A DNA stretch of 64,000 bases. Origin: an uncultured delta proteobacterium. Lineage in GTDB: Bacteria; Myxococcota; Kuafuiibacteriia; Kuafuiibacteriales; Kuafuiibacteriaceae. How positions within the stretch are numbered: the stretch's first letter is position 1; each line of letters begins with the position of its first letter. Position numbers and translations under genes: made by a program. The stretch covers positions 640,001-704,000 of the forward strand of contig CAWDML010000009.1 in NCBI GenBank assembly GCA_963803435.1, read 5' to 3'. The notes beneath the pieces are model-generated. The model made no database searches and was not told the origin of the DNA. It saw only the letters and a list, made by a program, of their open reading frames with translations. Below, piece by piece: positions 31,010 to 39,737 of the stretch.

Positions 31010-31632
31010 GGAGGTGCGAGCGTGATCGAGAAGGAGAGGAAGCAGGCCCCGTCCATGTTGGCGGTTTCGAACTGAAAGCCGGCCTCGCCGACCGGTGGAT
31101 CGCGGAGTGTGTCGATGTAGACCGCGGCGACGTCGAGCAGGGTGGCATCCGGTCCCGCAATCCCGCCCTCGATCGGGAACGCACCCAGGAAGGTGCCGAT
31201 CGGCTGGTCGGGCACCACGTCCTTCTCGAGCAGCAGCTGCGTGGTCTGGAACGCGGCCTGGAGGACCGCGCCGCTGACGGTGGCGGAGGAGGGTCGCAAC
31301 ACGTAGTTGACGTCGCCGCCGGTGAGGTGGACGTCGCTGGCGCCCAGACCGAAGAAGTCGGTCTCGAATCCGCCGAGCGTGTCGGCGCAGGTGATCGTCG
31401 GGATCGCGCCGATCTGGAGCACGCGCGCGGTGCTTTGACCCGCGTCCAGAGACCCGCTGTCCGGCTCCCCGGCGTCCGGACTGGCTGCGTCGGGCTCGAG
31501 CTCCGCGTCGCGCTCGGCGTCCGCGGCGCCGGCATCGGCCGCGTCCTGGTGGGTCTCGACGTGCCCGAGAGGAAGGTCAATCGTGCAACCCGCCAGCAGC
31601 CCGGCCGCCACCCAGAGCGGAGCGCGCCTCAT
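31006..31632 (-). CDS. Lipoprotein sharing a domain with the 29755-30951 product
   Basis: Lipobox LAGC, DAG-rich linker typical of myxobacterial lipoproteins, then a ~140-aa two-Cys domain. Confidence 0.75.
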   Translation of the reverse strand: MRRAPLWVAAGLLAGCTIDLPLGHVETHQDAADAGAADAERDAELEPDAASPDAGEPDSGSLDAGQSTARVLQIGAIPTITCADTLGGFETDFFGLGASDVHLTGGDVNYVLRPSSATVSGAVLQAAFQTTQLLLEKDVVPDQPIGTFLGAFPIEGGIAGPDATLLDVAAVYIDTLRDPPVGEAGFQFETANMDGACFLSFSITLAPP

Positions 31633-32345
31633 GGCCCCCGCTCGCCGAGCAATGCCCGCGCGCGGGCCGCGTACGGTCGGTCCGCGAACTCGACCAGGAA
31701 GGCCTCCGCGCGGGCGCGCGCCTCGGGGAGCGCGAGCGCGAAGCCGGTCTCGACCCCGAGCGCCTCCGCCTCCTCGCGCAGCGAGCCGGCCCCGACCTCG
31801 CGGCGGTAGCGCTGCAGCGCGGCCTCGGCATCTTCGGCCCGGCCGGCCTCGAGGCTGGAGCGGGCCGCTCGGATCAGCTCGAGCTCCAGCGGCAGGCCGG
31901 GCGGCTTGGGAGGTCGCGCGCGCCGGGCCGGCCGGACCTCGGGCGCAGGCTCCACCACCACGGCCGGCTCCGGCTCGGGCTCCGGTTTGGGCGCTGCGAC
32001 GGGCGGCGGCTCGACGCTGGGCGCGCGGATCGGCGGGGGCGGGGGCGCTTCGGTGCGGGTCGCAAGCCAGCCTGCTGTGCTCAAACCGGCCACCGCAATC
32101 GTCAGCGAGGCGACCTTGATCGCGCCCGCCAGCGTCCCGGCCGCCTTGACGGAGGCGGCGGTGGCGGGGGCCGCCGAGCCGGCGCTGCCCGGCCCAGGCA
32201 GCGGGATCAGAGGAACGGCCAGGCCCAGGGCGATCCGGGCGCGCCGCTCGGCCTCGGCGCTGGGTGCGTCGTCGCGCGCCGACTCGAGGAGGTCGCGCTC
32301 GGCCGGCGAGCCGCCGCGGCGCAGGCGAGGCGGATCGCGCGTCAT
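31629..32345 (-). CDS. Putative anti-sigma factor (single TM, Pro linker, TPR-like C-terminus)
   Basis: Overlaps the sigma stop. TM LTIAVAGLSTAGWLA. C-terminal ELELIRAARSSL...LREEAEAL pattern. Confidence 0.65.
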   Translation of the reverse strand: MTRDPPRLRRGGSPAERDLLESARDDAPSAEAERRARIALGLAVPLIPLPGPGSAGSAAPATAASVKAAGTLAGAIKVASLTIAVAGLSTAGWLATRTEAPPPPPIRAPSVEPPPVAAPKPEPEPEPAVVVEPAPEVRPARRARPPKPPGLPLELELIRAARSSLEAGRAEDAEAALQRYRREVGAGSLREEAEALGVETGFALALPEARARAEAFLVEFADRPYAARARALLGERGP

Positions 32346-32878
32346 GCCTCCACCTCTCGGGTGCCGGCCGTGAAGGCCTCGCGGGCGCGCCGGAGCCGAG
32401 ACGCCGCGGTGCCCCGCGGGATCGCGAGCAGCTCCGCGATCTCCGTGAGCGTGAGCTCTTCGATCTCGAACAGCACGAACACGGCCCGGAGATCGAGGGG
32501 GAGGGCGTCGAGCGCGCGGTCGAGCGTCTCGCGTGCGCGCTTGCGCTCGGTGAGCTCGTCGGTCGAGGGCGTGGGATCGATCGCGTTGCCGACGGCCGCC
32601 TCGTCGTGGGTCTCGCGCCGCCGCGAAGCCGAGCGGTGAACGTCCTTGGCGATCCGGAGCGCCGTCGCGAAGAGAAAGGCGCGCTCCCGCCCTTCTTCGA
32701 TGTCGGCGATGCGTCGTGTCGCCACCACGAACACCTCCTGGGACGCGTCGTCGACGTGCGCGGACGGCACCCCCAACCGGCGCAACGAGCGCCAGATGAA
32801 GCGGTAGTGGGCCTCGAACATCGAGGCTAGCCGTACCTGTGCCGCCGCGTCGGTCTCGCCCGCGGCGGTCGCACCCAT
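32342..32878 (-). CDS. ECF RNA polymerase sigma factor
   Basis: Region 2 (FIWRSLRRLG..DDASQEVF) and region 4 (RAVFVLFEIEELTLTEIAELLAIPRGTAASRLRRAR). Confidence 0.92.
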   Translation of the reverse strand: MGATAAGETDAAAQVRLASMFEAHYRFIWRSLRRLGVPSAHVDDASQEVFVVATRRIADIEEGRERAFLFATALRIAKDVHRSASRRRETHDEAAVGNAIDPTPSTDELTERKRARETLDRALDALPLDLRAVFVLFEIEELTLTEIAELLAIPRGTAASRLRRAREAFTAGTREVEA

Positions 32879-32896
32879 CTCCCCGCGCTCCCAATC

Positions 32897-32928
32897 GATG
32901 AATGGCCGGACCGCGCTCATCGGATCAC
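32897..32928 (-). promoter_or_regulatory. Putative ECF-dependent (autoregulatory) promoter, copy 2
   Basis: Minus strand GTGATCCGAT-GAGCG-CGGTCCGGCCATTCATC, 18 nt before ATG 32878. Confidence 0.65.
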
Positions 32929-33774
32929 CACAGCATCACGCCGGCGCCGGCCGCCGCGGCGAGGGCCACCGGCGGGGCGTGCCACAGGGTTTGATCCGCG
33001 CCGCCGTCGCCGACCAGCAGGAAGCGAGGCCGGAGGAGGGGAACGCTCCCGGACAGCTCGAGCTCGGCAAAGAAGGGATGGGCGAAGCGCCACCGACCGC
33101 GGACCACCGCGCCGGGCGCGAGCCAGGGGCTGGTGCGCGCCTCGGCGCTCCCGCCGCGGATCGCCCCCACCTCGACGGCGGCGCAGGGATCGACCTCGAG
33201 CGCCCCGGCCACCAGGTGAAACGGGCAGGCCTCGAGCCGGGCTGCCAGCTGGGTCACCCGGAGCTCGGCCCGCGCCTGGCGAGACCAGACGAGGGTGGCG
33301 CGCAGCGCCAGCGGAATCCCGGGCCAGCTCCACGAACGCCGGCGCCGAGGGGGTGAGCGCCGGCGCGCGACCATACCCGGCACCGCCCTGAACGCCGGCC
33401 GACAGGTGCCAGCTCGGCTCGAGGCCGAGGCGATCGATCGAGGTCCGCACGTGCGCGAGCGAGAGCGGGCCGGCGGATGGAGGCGGCGGCGCCGGGGCCT
33501 CGCGCCGGGGCAGCTCGGCGATGGCCAGATCGGCGATCAACGCCAGCGCGTCGGCCACCTCCTCGCAGCGCTCGGCCGACACCGCCCGCGCCGGGAAGGC
33601 GTGGTCGTAGGCCTCGATGGCGACCGTCCCTCGGAACGGCGCGCTGGCGGTGATGCTGGCGGTGATCGCGATCGCGTCGCCGCCGTCGAGCTGGGCCAGC
33701 GATCCGGTGTCGCACGCTGCGGGGGCGTGGATCTGGACGTGCGCACCGATCGCCGCCAGCCAGATCCCGAGCAC
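32925..33774 (-). CDS. Secreted or outer-membrane hypothetical protein upstream of the ECF sigma; frameshift near 33320
   Basis: N-terminal part in ORF 32917..33774 (CEEVADALALI). C-terminal amphipathic beta-strands in ORF 32925..33383 ending in W. Confidence 0.55.
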
Positions 33775-33838
33775 GGTCTATGGTGCCGTGGACCGGAGAT
33801 CAGATTTCGGTCGATCGACCGTCAGATCTTCGTCCGAC

Positions 33839-35119
33839 CTACGTCGAGCGCCGCTCCAGCCGCTTCTTCGCGGCCATGACCAGCCGCATGTTCATGTTCG
33901 TCCGCTTGGCCAGGTTCATGACCTCGCTCCGCGGGAGGCGATCGAGCAGCCGGATGGCGGTGCGGACGGGCGTGCGCGGGTTGAAGATCAGCGCCTTCGC
34001 CACCGTCGGGTTCTGCACGTAGGACGGGTTCTCGGCGATCCGCTCCAGCACGTCCGGGTTCAGCGAAGGGAGGCGCGCCATGAACGCGATCTCGTCCAGC
34101 GTGATCTTCGCGTTCTTCAGGAGGTAGTGATGGATCGCCTTGTTCGAGTCCATCGCCAGCGCCATGCGCTCCTCCCGATCGCCCGAGAGCGCCAGGTTGA
34201 TCTTGTCATCCATCCCCATCCGCGCCAGGCGGCGACGGATCGGCATCTTGTCCGGATCCTCCGAGGGAAGCTCCTCGACCAGCCGGATCACCTTGATGCC
34301 TTCGCGATCCGCTGCGGTCTCCCGCGCCAGCCGCGCCTTGGAGTGGACCGTCTTCGGGTGCAGCACCGCGCGCCGGTAGGCGTCGTCGTTGTCCGAGCAG
34401 CGGCACAGCACCCGCCGTGGCTCCACGGTCTCGATCACGCTCCAGACCTTGTAGACGGTGTGGCCCGGCAACGTGATGCGGAGCTGGCACGGCACGTTGG
34501 GGACCGCCTCGGGATCCTCGAACGGCACCACGAACAGCTGCTCGTCCTCGAACATCGGCAGATGCTCGACGTACTCGCCGACGCTGGAGAACTTCACCAC
34601 GTACACGACGTACTGGTCCCCCGGCATCGGCATGGGGAGCTCGGACGACGGCTCCACGAAGGAGCTCGTGCGACCGCGAGGGCGGAGCGTCTTCGGGCCG
34701 CTCCCGCCGTCGTCGACGTACGGATCCGTCTGGTCCTCGCCGGGCGCGTCGATGAACCCGGCGCCGCCCGGGTTGAAGCGGCTGACCGCCGGCTTCTGGA
34801 TGCTGGCCTCGGACTCGCCGCGCATCGCCGAGCGGAAGTCCTGGCTGACGACCCACTCGTCGAGGGCGCCCTGCTGATCGGAGCCCCCGGCGTCGAAGCT
34901 CACCATCACCCCGCGGTTCTTGATGTAGTGGCCGGCCCGCGCCGCGATGTCGAACGTCCGTGATCCGACGGCGATCCGAACCACGATCGGACTCTCCTGA
35001 CTGGGCGCTTCGGACTCGGAGCACATGACCATCATCCCGCCGTGCGTCATGTACGCGGAGTGATCGGCCTCGAGCGACCGGTGCGAGTTGTAGGTGACGA
35101 GGAACCCCTGCTTGCTCAC
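33839..35119 (-). CDS. Hypothetical protein: degenerate PilZ-like domains plus a helical-repeat C-terminus
   Basis: YMTHGGMMV resembles PilZ (NIS.GG.F). C-terminal KINLALSGDREER...KNAKIT...NPRTP helical repeats. Confidence 0.6.
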   Translation of the reverse strand: MSKQGFLVTYNSHRSLEADHSAYMTHGGMMVMCSESEAPSQESPIVVRIAVGSRTFDIAARAGHYIKNRGVMVSFDAGGSDQQGALDEWVVSQDFRSAMRGESEASIQKPAVSRFNPGGAGFIDAPGEDQTDPYVDDGGSGPKTLRPRGRTSSFVEPSSELPMPMPGDQYVVYVVKFSSVGEYVEHLPMFEDEQLFVVPFEDPEAVPNVPCQLRITLPGHTVYKVWSVIETVEPRRVLCRCSDNDDAYRRAVLHPKTVHSKARLARETAADREGIKVIRLVEELPSEDPDKMPIRRRLARMGMDDKINLALSGDREERMALAMDSNKAIHHYLLKNAKITLDEIAFMARLPSLNPDVLERIAENPSYVQNPTVAKALIFNPRTPVRTAIRLLDRLPRSEVMNLAKRTNMNMRLVMAAKKRLERRST

Positions 35120-35168
35120 CTTGCGGAGGATTCTTGCACGGCCCTCTCTTCGACCGAAAGACCCCGGG

Positions 35169-36701
35169 TCAGTGAAGCGGACCCACGGCGGTCCGGACCG
35201 CCTCGAGCAGCGCGCCCGAAGCGCAGAGCGCGTCGACCGCCTCGATGTCCCCCGAGAGCACGCGATCGCGCTCCATGAAGGGCACCACGGCGCGGATCGC
35301 GCGCTGCGCGGCCTCGACGCCGCGCCCGGGGCGCAGCTGGAGCAGGTCGATCGCCTGCGCCCCGCAGAGCAGCTCGATGGCGAGACACGTCCGCGTATTC
35401 GCAACCACCTCCAGCGCCTTGCGCGCCGAGGTCATGCCCATGGAGACATGGTCTTCCCGGTTGGCGCTGGTCGGGATCGAGTCGGTCGAGGCCGGATGGC
35501 AGAGCACGCGGTTCTCGTTGATCAGGGACGCCGCCGTCACCTGCGCCAGCATGAACCCGGAGTTCAGCCCGGGGCGTACGGCCAGGAAGGCCGGCAGCCC
35601 CGACAGCGCGGGGTCGATGAGCTGCTCGACCCGCCGATCCGAGATGTTCGCCAGCTCGCTCACCGCGATCGCGAGGAGGTCCAGCGCCAGCGCCAGCGGC
35701 TGACCATGGAAGTTGCCACCCGAGATCATCGTGTCGCTCTCGGCAAACACCAGCGGGTTGTCGGTCGCCGAGTTGATCTCGATCTCCAGCGTGCGCCGGA
35801 TGAAGGCGAGCGCGTCACGCGTAGCGCCGTGCACCTGCGGCATGCAGCGGAAGCTGTACGCGTCCTGGACCTTGCCGCAGTCCTTGTGGCTCTCTACGAT
35901 GGCGCTGTCCGCCAGGAGGGACCGCAGGTTCTCCGCGCTCGCCCGCTGGCCCGGGTGCGGCCGCGCGTCCTGGATCCGCGCGTCGAAGGCCGTCGGCGTG
36001 CCCTTTTGTCCCTCGACGCTCATCGCGCCCGCCACGTCCGCGATCGTGGACAGCGCCTCCGCCTCGACGAGCCCCAAGCACCCGAGCGCGCCCATCGCCT
36101 GCGTCCCGTTGATCAAGCACAGCCCTTCCTTCGCCGCCGGCATCAGCGGCTCGAGCCCGAGCTCCGCCAGCACCTCGCCGCTCGGCCTTACCGCGCCGCG
36201 GTAGCGCACGGGCCCCTCACCGATCATCGCCAGCGCCAGGTGGGCGAGCGGCGCCAGATCGCCCGACGCGCCCACGCTGCCCTTCGAGGGCACGATCGGG
36301 AGGACGTCGAGGTTCAGCATCGAGAGCAGGAGCTCGATCGTCTGGAGCCGCACGCCCGAGTTGCCGGTCGCCATCACGTTCGCGCGGAGCAGCATCAACG
36401 CGCGCGTCTGAGGCGCGGTCAACGGCGGGCCCACGCCGGTCGAGTGGCTGCGGATCAGGTTGACCTGCAGCTCGTCGAGGTCGCCCTCGGCGATGCGAAC
36501 GTTGGAGAGGAAGCCGAAGCCCGTGTTGACGCCGTACACCGGCTCGCCCGAGGCGGCGCGCGCTTCCACCAGCGCCCTGGCCGCATGGATCCGCGCCTTG
36601 GCGGTCGAGAGGAGGCCGACCTCGACGCCGCCGCGCGCGACTTCAGAGACGTCTTCGATCGTCAGCGACCGTCCGTCGAGCACCACCGAGGTCTGGCCCA
36701 C
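35169..36701 (-). CDS. hutH: Histidine ammonia-lyase
   Basis: VYGVNTGFG, NLIRSH (His-specific SH), MIO triad in GSVGASGDLAPLAH, QDAYSFRC, GGNFHG, EDHVSMG. Confidence 0.95.
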   Translation of the reverse strand: MGQTSVVLDGRSLTIEDVSEVARGGVEVGLLSTAKARIHAARALVEARAASGEPVYGVNTGFGFLSNVRIAEGDLDELQVNLIRSHSTGVGPPLTAPQTRALMLLRANVMATGNSGVRLQTIELLLSMLNLDVLPIVPSKGSVGASGDLAPLAHLALAMIGEGPVRYRGAVRPSGEVLAELGLEPLMPAAKEGLCLINGTQAMGALGCLGLVEAEALSTIADVAGAMSVEGQKGTPTAFDARIQDARPHPGQRASAENLRSLLADSAIVESHKDCGKVQDAYSFRCMPQVHGATRDALAFIRRTLEIEINSATDNPLVFAESDTMISGGNFHGQPLALALDLLAIAVSELANISDRRVEQLIDPALSGLPAFLAVRPGLNSGFMLAQVTAASLINENRVLCHPASTDSIPTSANREDHVSMGMTSARKALEVVANTRTCLAIELLCGAQAIDLLQLRPGRGVEAAQRAIRAVVPFMERDRVLSGDIEAVDALCASGALLEAVRTAVGPLH

Positions 36702-36778
36702 GAGGCAACACAAACAGGGCGCTCTTCCGGAAGCAACCCTTGCTGTAGGCGACCTCGGGGCGGTAGCGTGCGCGCGTC

Positions 36779-39637
36779 GTGCCACTCCTTCCGCGACCTC
36801 CGGCCGCTGCGTCCCTGATCGTGGACCTCGCCCGGATCGTCGGCGCGAACAACGTCAGCAATCTGGACGCCGATCGCATCGCCTACAGCCACGACTGCTG
36901 GCCGCGCGACGTCCTCCTGCTGAGGGCCGGCGAGATCGGCGCCGCGCCGGCCTGCGTGGTGTGGCCCGAGAGTCCCGAGGACGTGGCGCGAATCCTCCAG
37001 TTCTCGCAGCAGGCCCAGGTCCCCATCGTCCCCTACGGCGCCGGCTCCGGTGTCACCGGCGGGGCGCGGCCCTCGGAGGGCGGCATCGTCCTCGACCTCA
37101 AGAAGATGCGGGCAATCCGCGACCTCGACGCGCACAACCTGCGGGCGGAGGTGGAGGCCGGCATCATCGGCGAGCGCCTCGAGCGGACGCTCAACGCCAA
37201 GGGCTTCACGCTCGGTCACTTCCCCTCCTCGATCATCTGCTCGACCCTCGGCGGCTGGCTGGCGGCGAGAAGCGCCGGTCAGACCTCCACGCTCTACGGA
37301 AAGATCGAGGACATGACGCACGGCCTCGAGGTGGTCTCACCCGGCCGCGTCCGCCGCTTGATGCTGGGCCCGCGCCCGCCCGACGGACCCGACTTCAACG
37401 CGCTGGTGCTCGGGAGCGAGGGCACGTTCGGCGTGATCACCGCGGCGCAGCTCAGGATCCGACACCTCGCCGAGCAGCGGCTCTTCCGCGGCTTCCGGTT
37501 CCCCAGCGTGAAGGCCGGCGTCGAGGCAATCCGCAAGATCCTGCGCGCCAACATCCGGCCCTCGGTCGTGCGGCTGTACGACGCGCTCGACACGCTGATG
37601 GGTCGCGGCCACGGCGACGAGGACTCTGCCGAGATCCTCTCGGTGGACCTGTTGGCCCAGCGCGCCCAGGGTTGGGTGGAGAGCCTGACCAAGCGCCTGA
37701 CGCCCGGGGCGGCGCAGGAGATCGCCAAGCGCGTCAAGACCTCGCTCCTCAGGAGTACCGTCAAGGCGGTGATGGGTGCGCCGCTGGTGCTCAAGCGCGC
37801 GATCGACGTGCTCCCCGAGGACTGCCTCCTGGTCCTCGGCTTCGAGGGGCAGCGCGCGCTGGCCAAGGCGGAGCTCGAGGAGACCACCACGATCTGCGCG
37901 AAGGAGGGCGCGGTCGATCTGGGACCGGCGCCTGGCGAGCACTGGTATCGCAACCGTTACAACGTCTCCTTCAAGGCCTCGAAGATGTACGCCTCGGGGA
38001 TCTTCGTCGACACCATGGAGGTGGCGGCCACCTGGGATCGGTTGCTCCCGCTCTACGCGGCCGTGCGCAAGGCGATCTCCCGGGACGCGATCGTGATGGC
38101 GCACTTCTCCCACGCCTACGGCGAGGGCTGCTCCATCTACTTCACGTTCGCGGGCGCCGCGACGGATCCGCTGCATCCCGCGGAGGCGATCGAGCGCTAC
38201 GATCGGATCTGGAAGAATGCGCTGATCGCGGTCCACGAGACCGGCGGCACCATCTCGCACCACCACGGCATCGGTGAGTCCAAGGCCGCCGGAATGGCGC
38301 GCGAGCACGGACCGGGCGGCATGCGCATGCTCAACGCGCTCAAGGAGGCGTTCGATCCGAAGGGCATGCTCAACCCGAAGAAGCTCGGCCTCGAGATCGT
38401 GCGTCGTCCTCCGCCCCGCCGGAAGAGCGCGGTCATCGACGACACCGACGGCTTCCCCAGGGAGATCGCCGTCGCGGTCGGCGAGCGCAACATCGTGACC
38501 TCCGGCGCCCGCACCACGGTGCGTCCGCCCGACGAGGGCGCTCTGGCCGCGCTGCTGCGCGTCGCGGCGCCGCGCTCGCTCCCGGTGGTCTCCGACCAGA
38601 CCGGCTTTCGGGCGCCGCCCGGCGCCGTCATCCTCGACCTCCGCCGCTTCGAGGGCGTGTCCCGCGTCTCCGAGCACTCCCTGTTCGTCGAGGTGGAGGC
38701 GGGCGTGGTGGTCGAGCGCCTCGAACGCATGCTCAACGCGCACCGCCTGACGCTCGGACATCTCCACCCGCGGGCGGTGATGCGCAGCGTCGGCGCGGCC
38801 CTCTCTCGAAACCTCTTGATCCGCAGGGCGACGGCCTTCGGCAATCTCCGGGACGTCTGCTTCGCCACGCGCGGCCTGCTCGCCAACGGTGCGCCAATCG
38901 AGACCCGGCCGGTCCCGCGCTCCGCCACCGGACCCGAGCTCGATCGCGCGCTCGTGGGCGCGCAGGGTCGCTTCGGGATCATCACCAAGGCCACGCTGCG
39001 GATCGCCGAGATCCCTGCGCACGTGGAGGAGGTCGTCTACCAGTTCGCCTCCCTGGGCGCGGCCACCGAGTGCGCGCGCGTGGTGCTGCACCGGGGCGTG
39101 CGCCCCACCGCCGCCCGCGTCATCCCCGACAGCGACGGCGCGGCGGCCGCCTTCGAGCTGGCCGCCAGCTCCGAGGGCGTGATCCGCGGGCAGCTCGCCA
39201 TCGTGGCCTCGGCGGCGCACGGCTTCGAGGGCACCCGCATCGCCGCCGAGGCGCTCGCCCTGGGCGGTCGCTTCGACGCGGTGGTCGAGGTGGCGGCGCT
39301 GTGGAGCCGGGCGGTCGAGACCCTCGACGCCATCCGGCAGGTCTCCGCCCCGGCGTGGATCGATTTCCTCACCCCCGAGGGCTGCACGGTGGTGGCCCGC
39401 GTTCAGGATGCCGATGCCCGCCACGCCGCCACCGAGGCCGCCGCCCGGTTGGCAGGCCGCGTGGTGGCCGGCACCCGCGCCGCCGACATCGCGGATCTCG
39501 AGAGCTTCGCCACCACCACCGGCAATCACTGGCGCGAGCTCCCTTCGAGCGGCGAGCGGCACCACAATCCCTACGAGGACGTGATGCAGAAGCTGTCGTC
39601 GCTGATCAATCCGTCGGGCGTGTTCCGCGGCAGGTAA
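36779..39637 (+). CDS. FAD-linked oxidase, alkyl-DHAP-synthase (AGPS)-like, with a second degenerate FAD-binding domain
   Basis: PYGAGSGVTGG, GHFPSS, STLGGW, GSEGTFGVIT, HFSHAY, SHHHGIG, DPKGMLNP. The second half repeats VEAG, TGPEL and GRFGIIT. Confidence 0.8.
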   Translation: MPLLPRPPAAASLIVDLARIVGANNVSNLDADRIAYSHDCWPRDVLLLRAGEIGAAPACVVWPESPEDVARILQFSQQAQVPIVPYGAGSGVTGGARPSEGGIVLDLKKMRAIRDLDAHNLRAEVEAGIIGERLERTLNAKGFTLGHFPSSIICSTLGGWLAARSAGQTSTLYGKIEDMTHGLEVVSPGRVRRLMLGPRPPDGPDFNALVLGSEGTFGVITAAQLRIRHLAEQRLFRGFRFPSVKAGVEAIRKILRANIRPSVVRLYDALDTLMGRGHGDEDSAEILSVDLLAQRAQGWVESLTKRLTPGAAQEIAKRVKTSLLRSTVKAVMGAPLVLKRAIDVLPEDCLLVLGFEGQRALAKAELEETTTICAKEGAVDLGPAPGEHWYRNRYNVSFKASKMYASGIFVDTMEVAATWDRLLPLYAAVRKAISRDAIVMAHFSHAYGEGCSIYFTFAGAATDPLHPAEAIERYDRIWKNALIAVHETGGTISHHHGIGESKAAGMAREHGPGGMRMLNALKEAFDPKGMLNPKKLGLEIVRRPPPRRKSAVIDDTDGFPREIAVAVGERNIVTSGARTTVRPPDEGALAALLRVAAPRSLPVVSDQTGFRAPPGAVILDLRRFEGVSRVSEHSLFVEVEAGVVVERLERMLNAHRLTLGHLHPRAVMRSVGAALSRNLLIRRATAFGNLRDVCFATRGLLANGAPIETRPVPRSATGPELDRALVGAQGRFGIITKATLRIAEIPAHVEEVVYQFASLGAATECARVVLHRGVRPTAARVIPDSDGAAAAFELAASSEGVIRGQLAIVASAAHGFEGTRIAAEALALGGRFDAVVEVAALWSRAVETLDAIRQVSAPAWIDFLTPEGCTVVARVQDADARHAATEAAARLAGRVVAGTRAADIADLESFATTTGNHWRELPSSGERHHNPYEDVMQKLSSLINPSGVFRGR

Positions 39638-39643
39638 CCTCAA

Positions 39644-39673
39644 CGTAGGCCCGCTTCGGGGCCGACGGGTTTT
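39644..39673 (+). terminator. Possible intrinsic terminator
   Basis: cgt-a-ggccc-gcttcg-gggcc-g-acg followed by ggtttt, just after TAA 39637. Confidence 0.35.
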
Positions 39674-39737
39674 GCGTCGCGAGCGTCCCGCTCGCTGTGA
39701 CTTGCGGCGGGGGCCCCGAACCGCTAACCGTCTCGGC

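Noticed and set aside
33778-33810. Third copy of the ECF motif upstream of 33774
   Set aside because: Only TGATC and CGGTCC match, with the wrong spacing and no CATTCATC.
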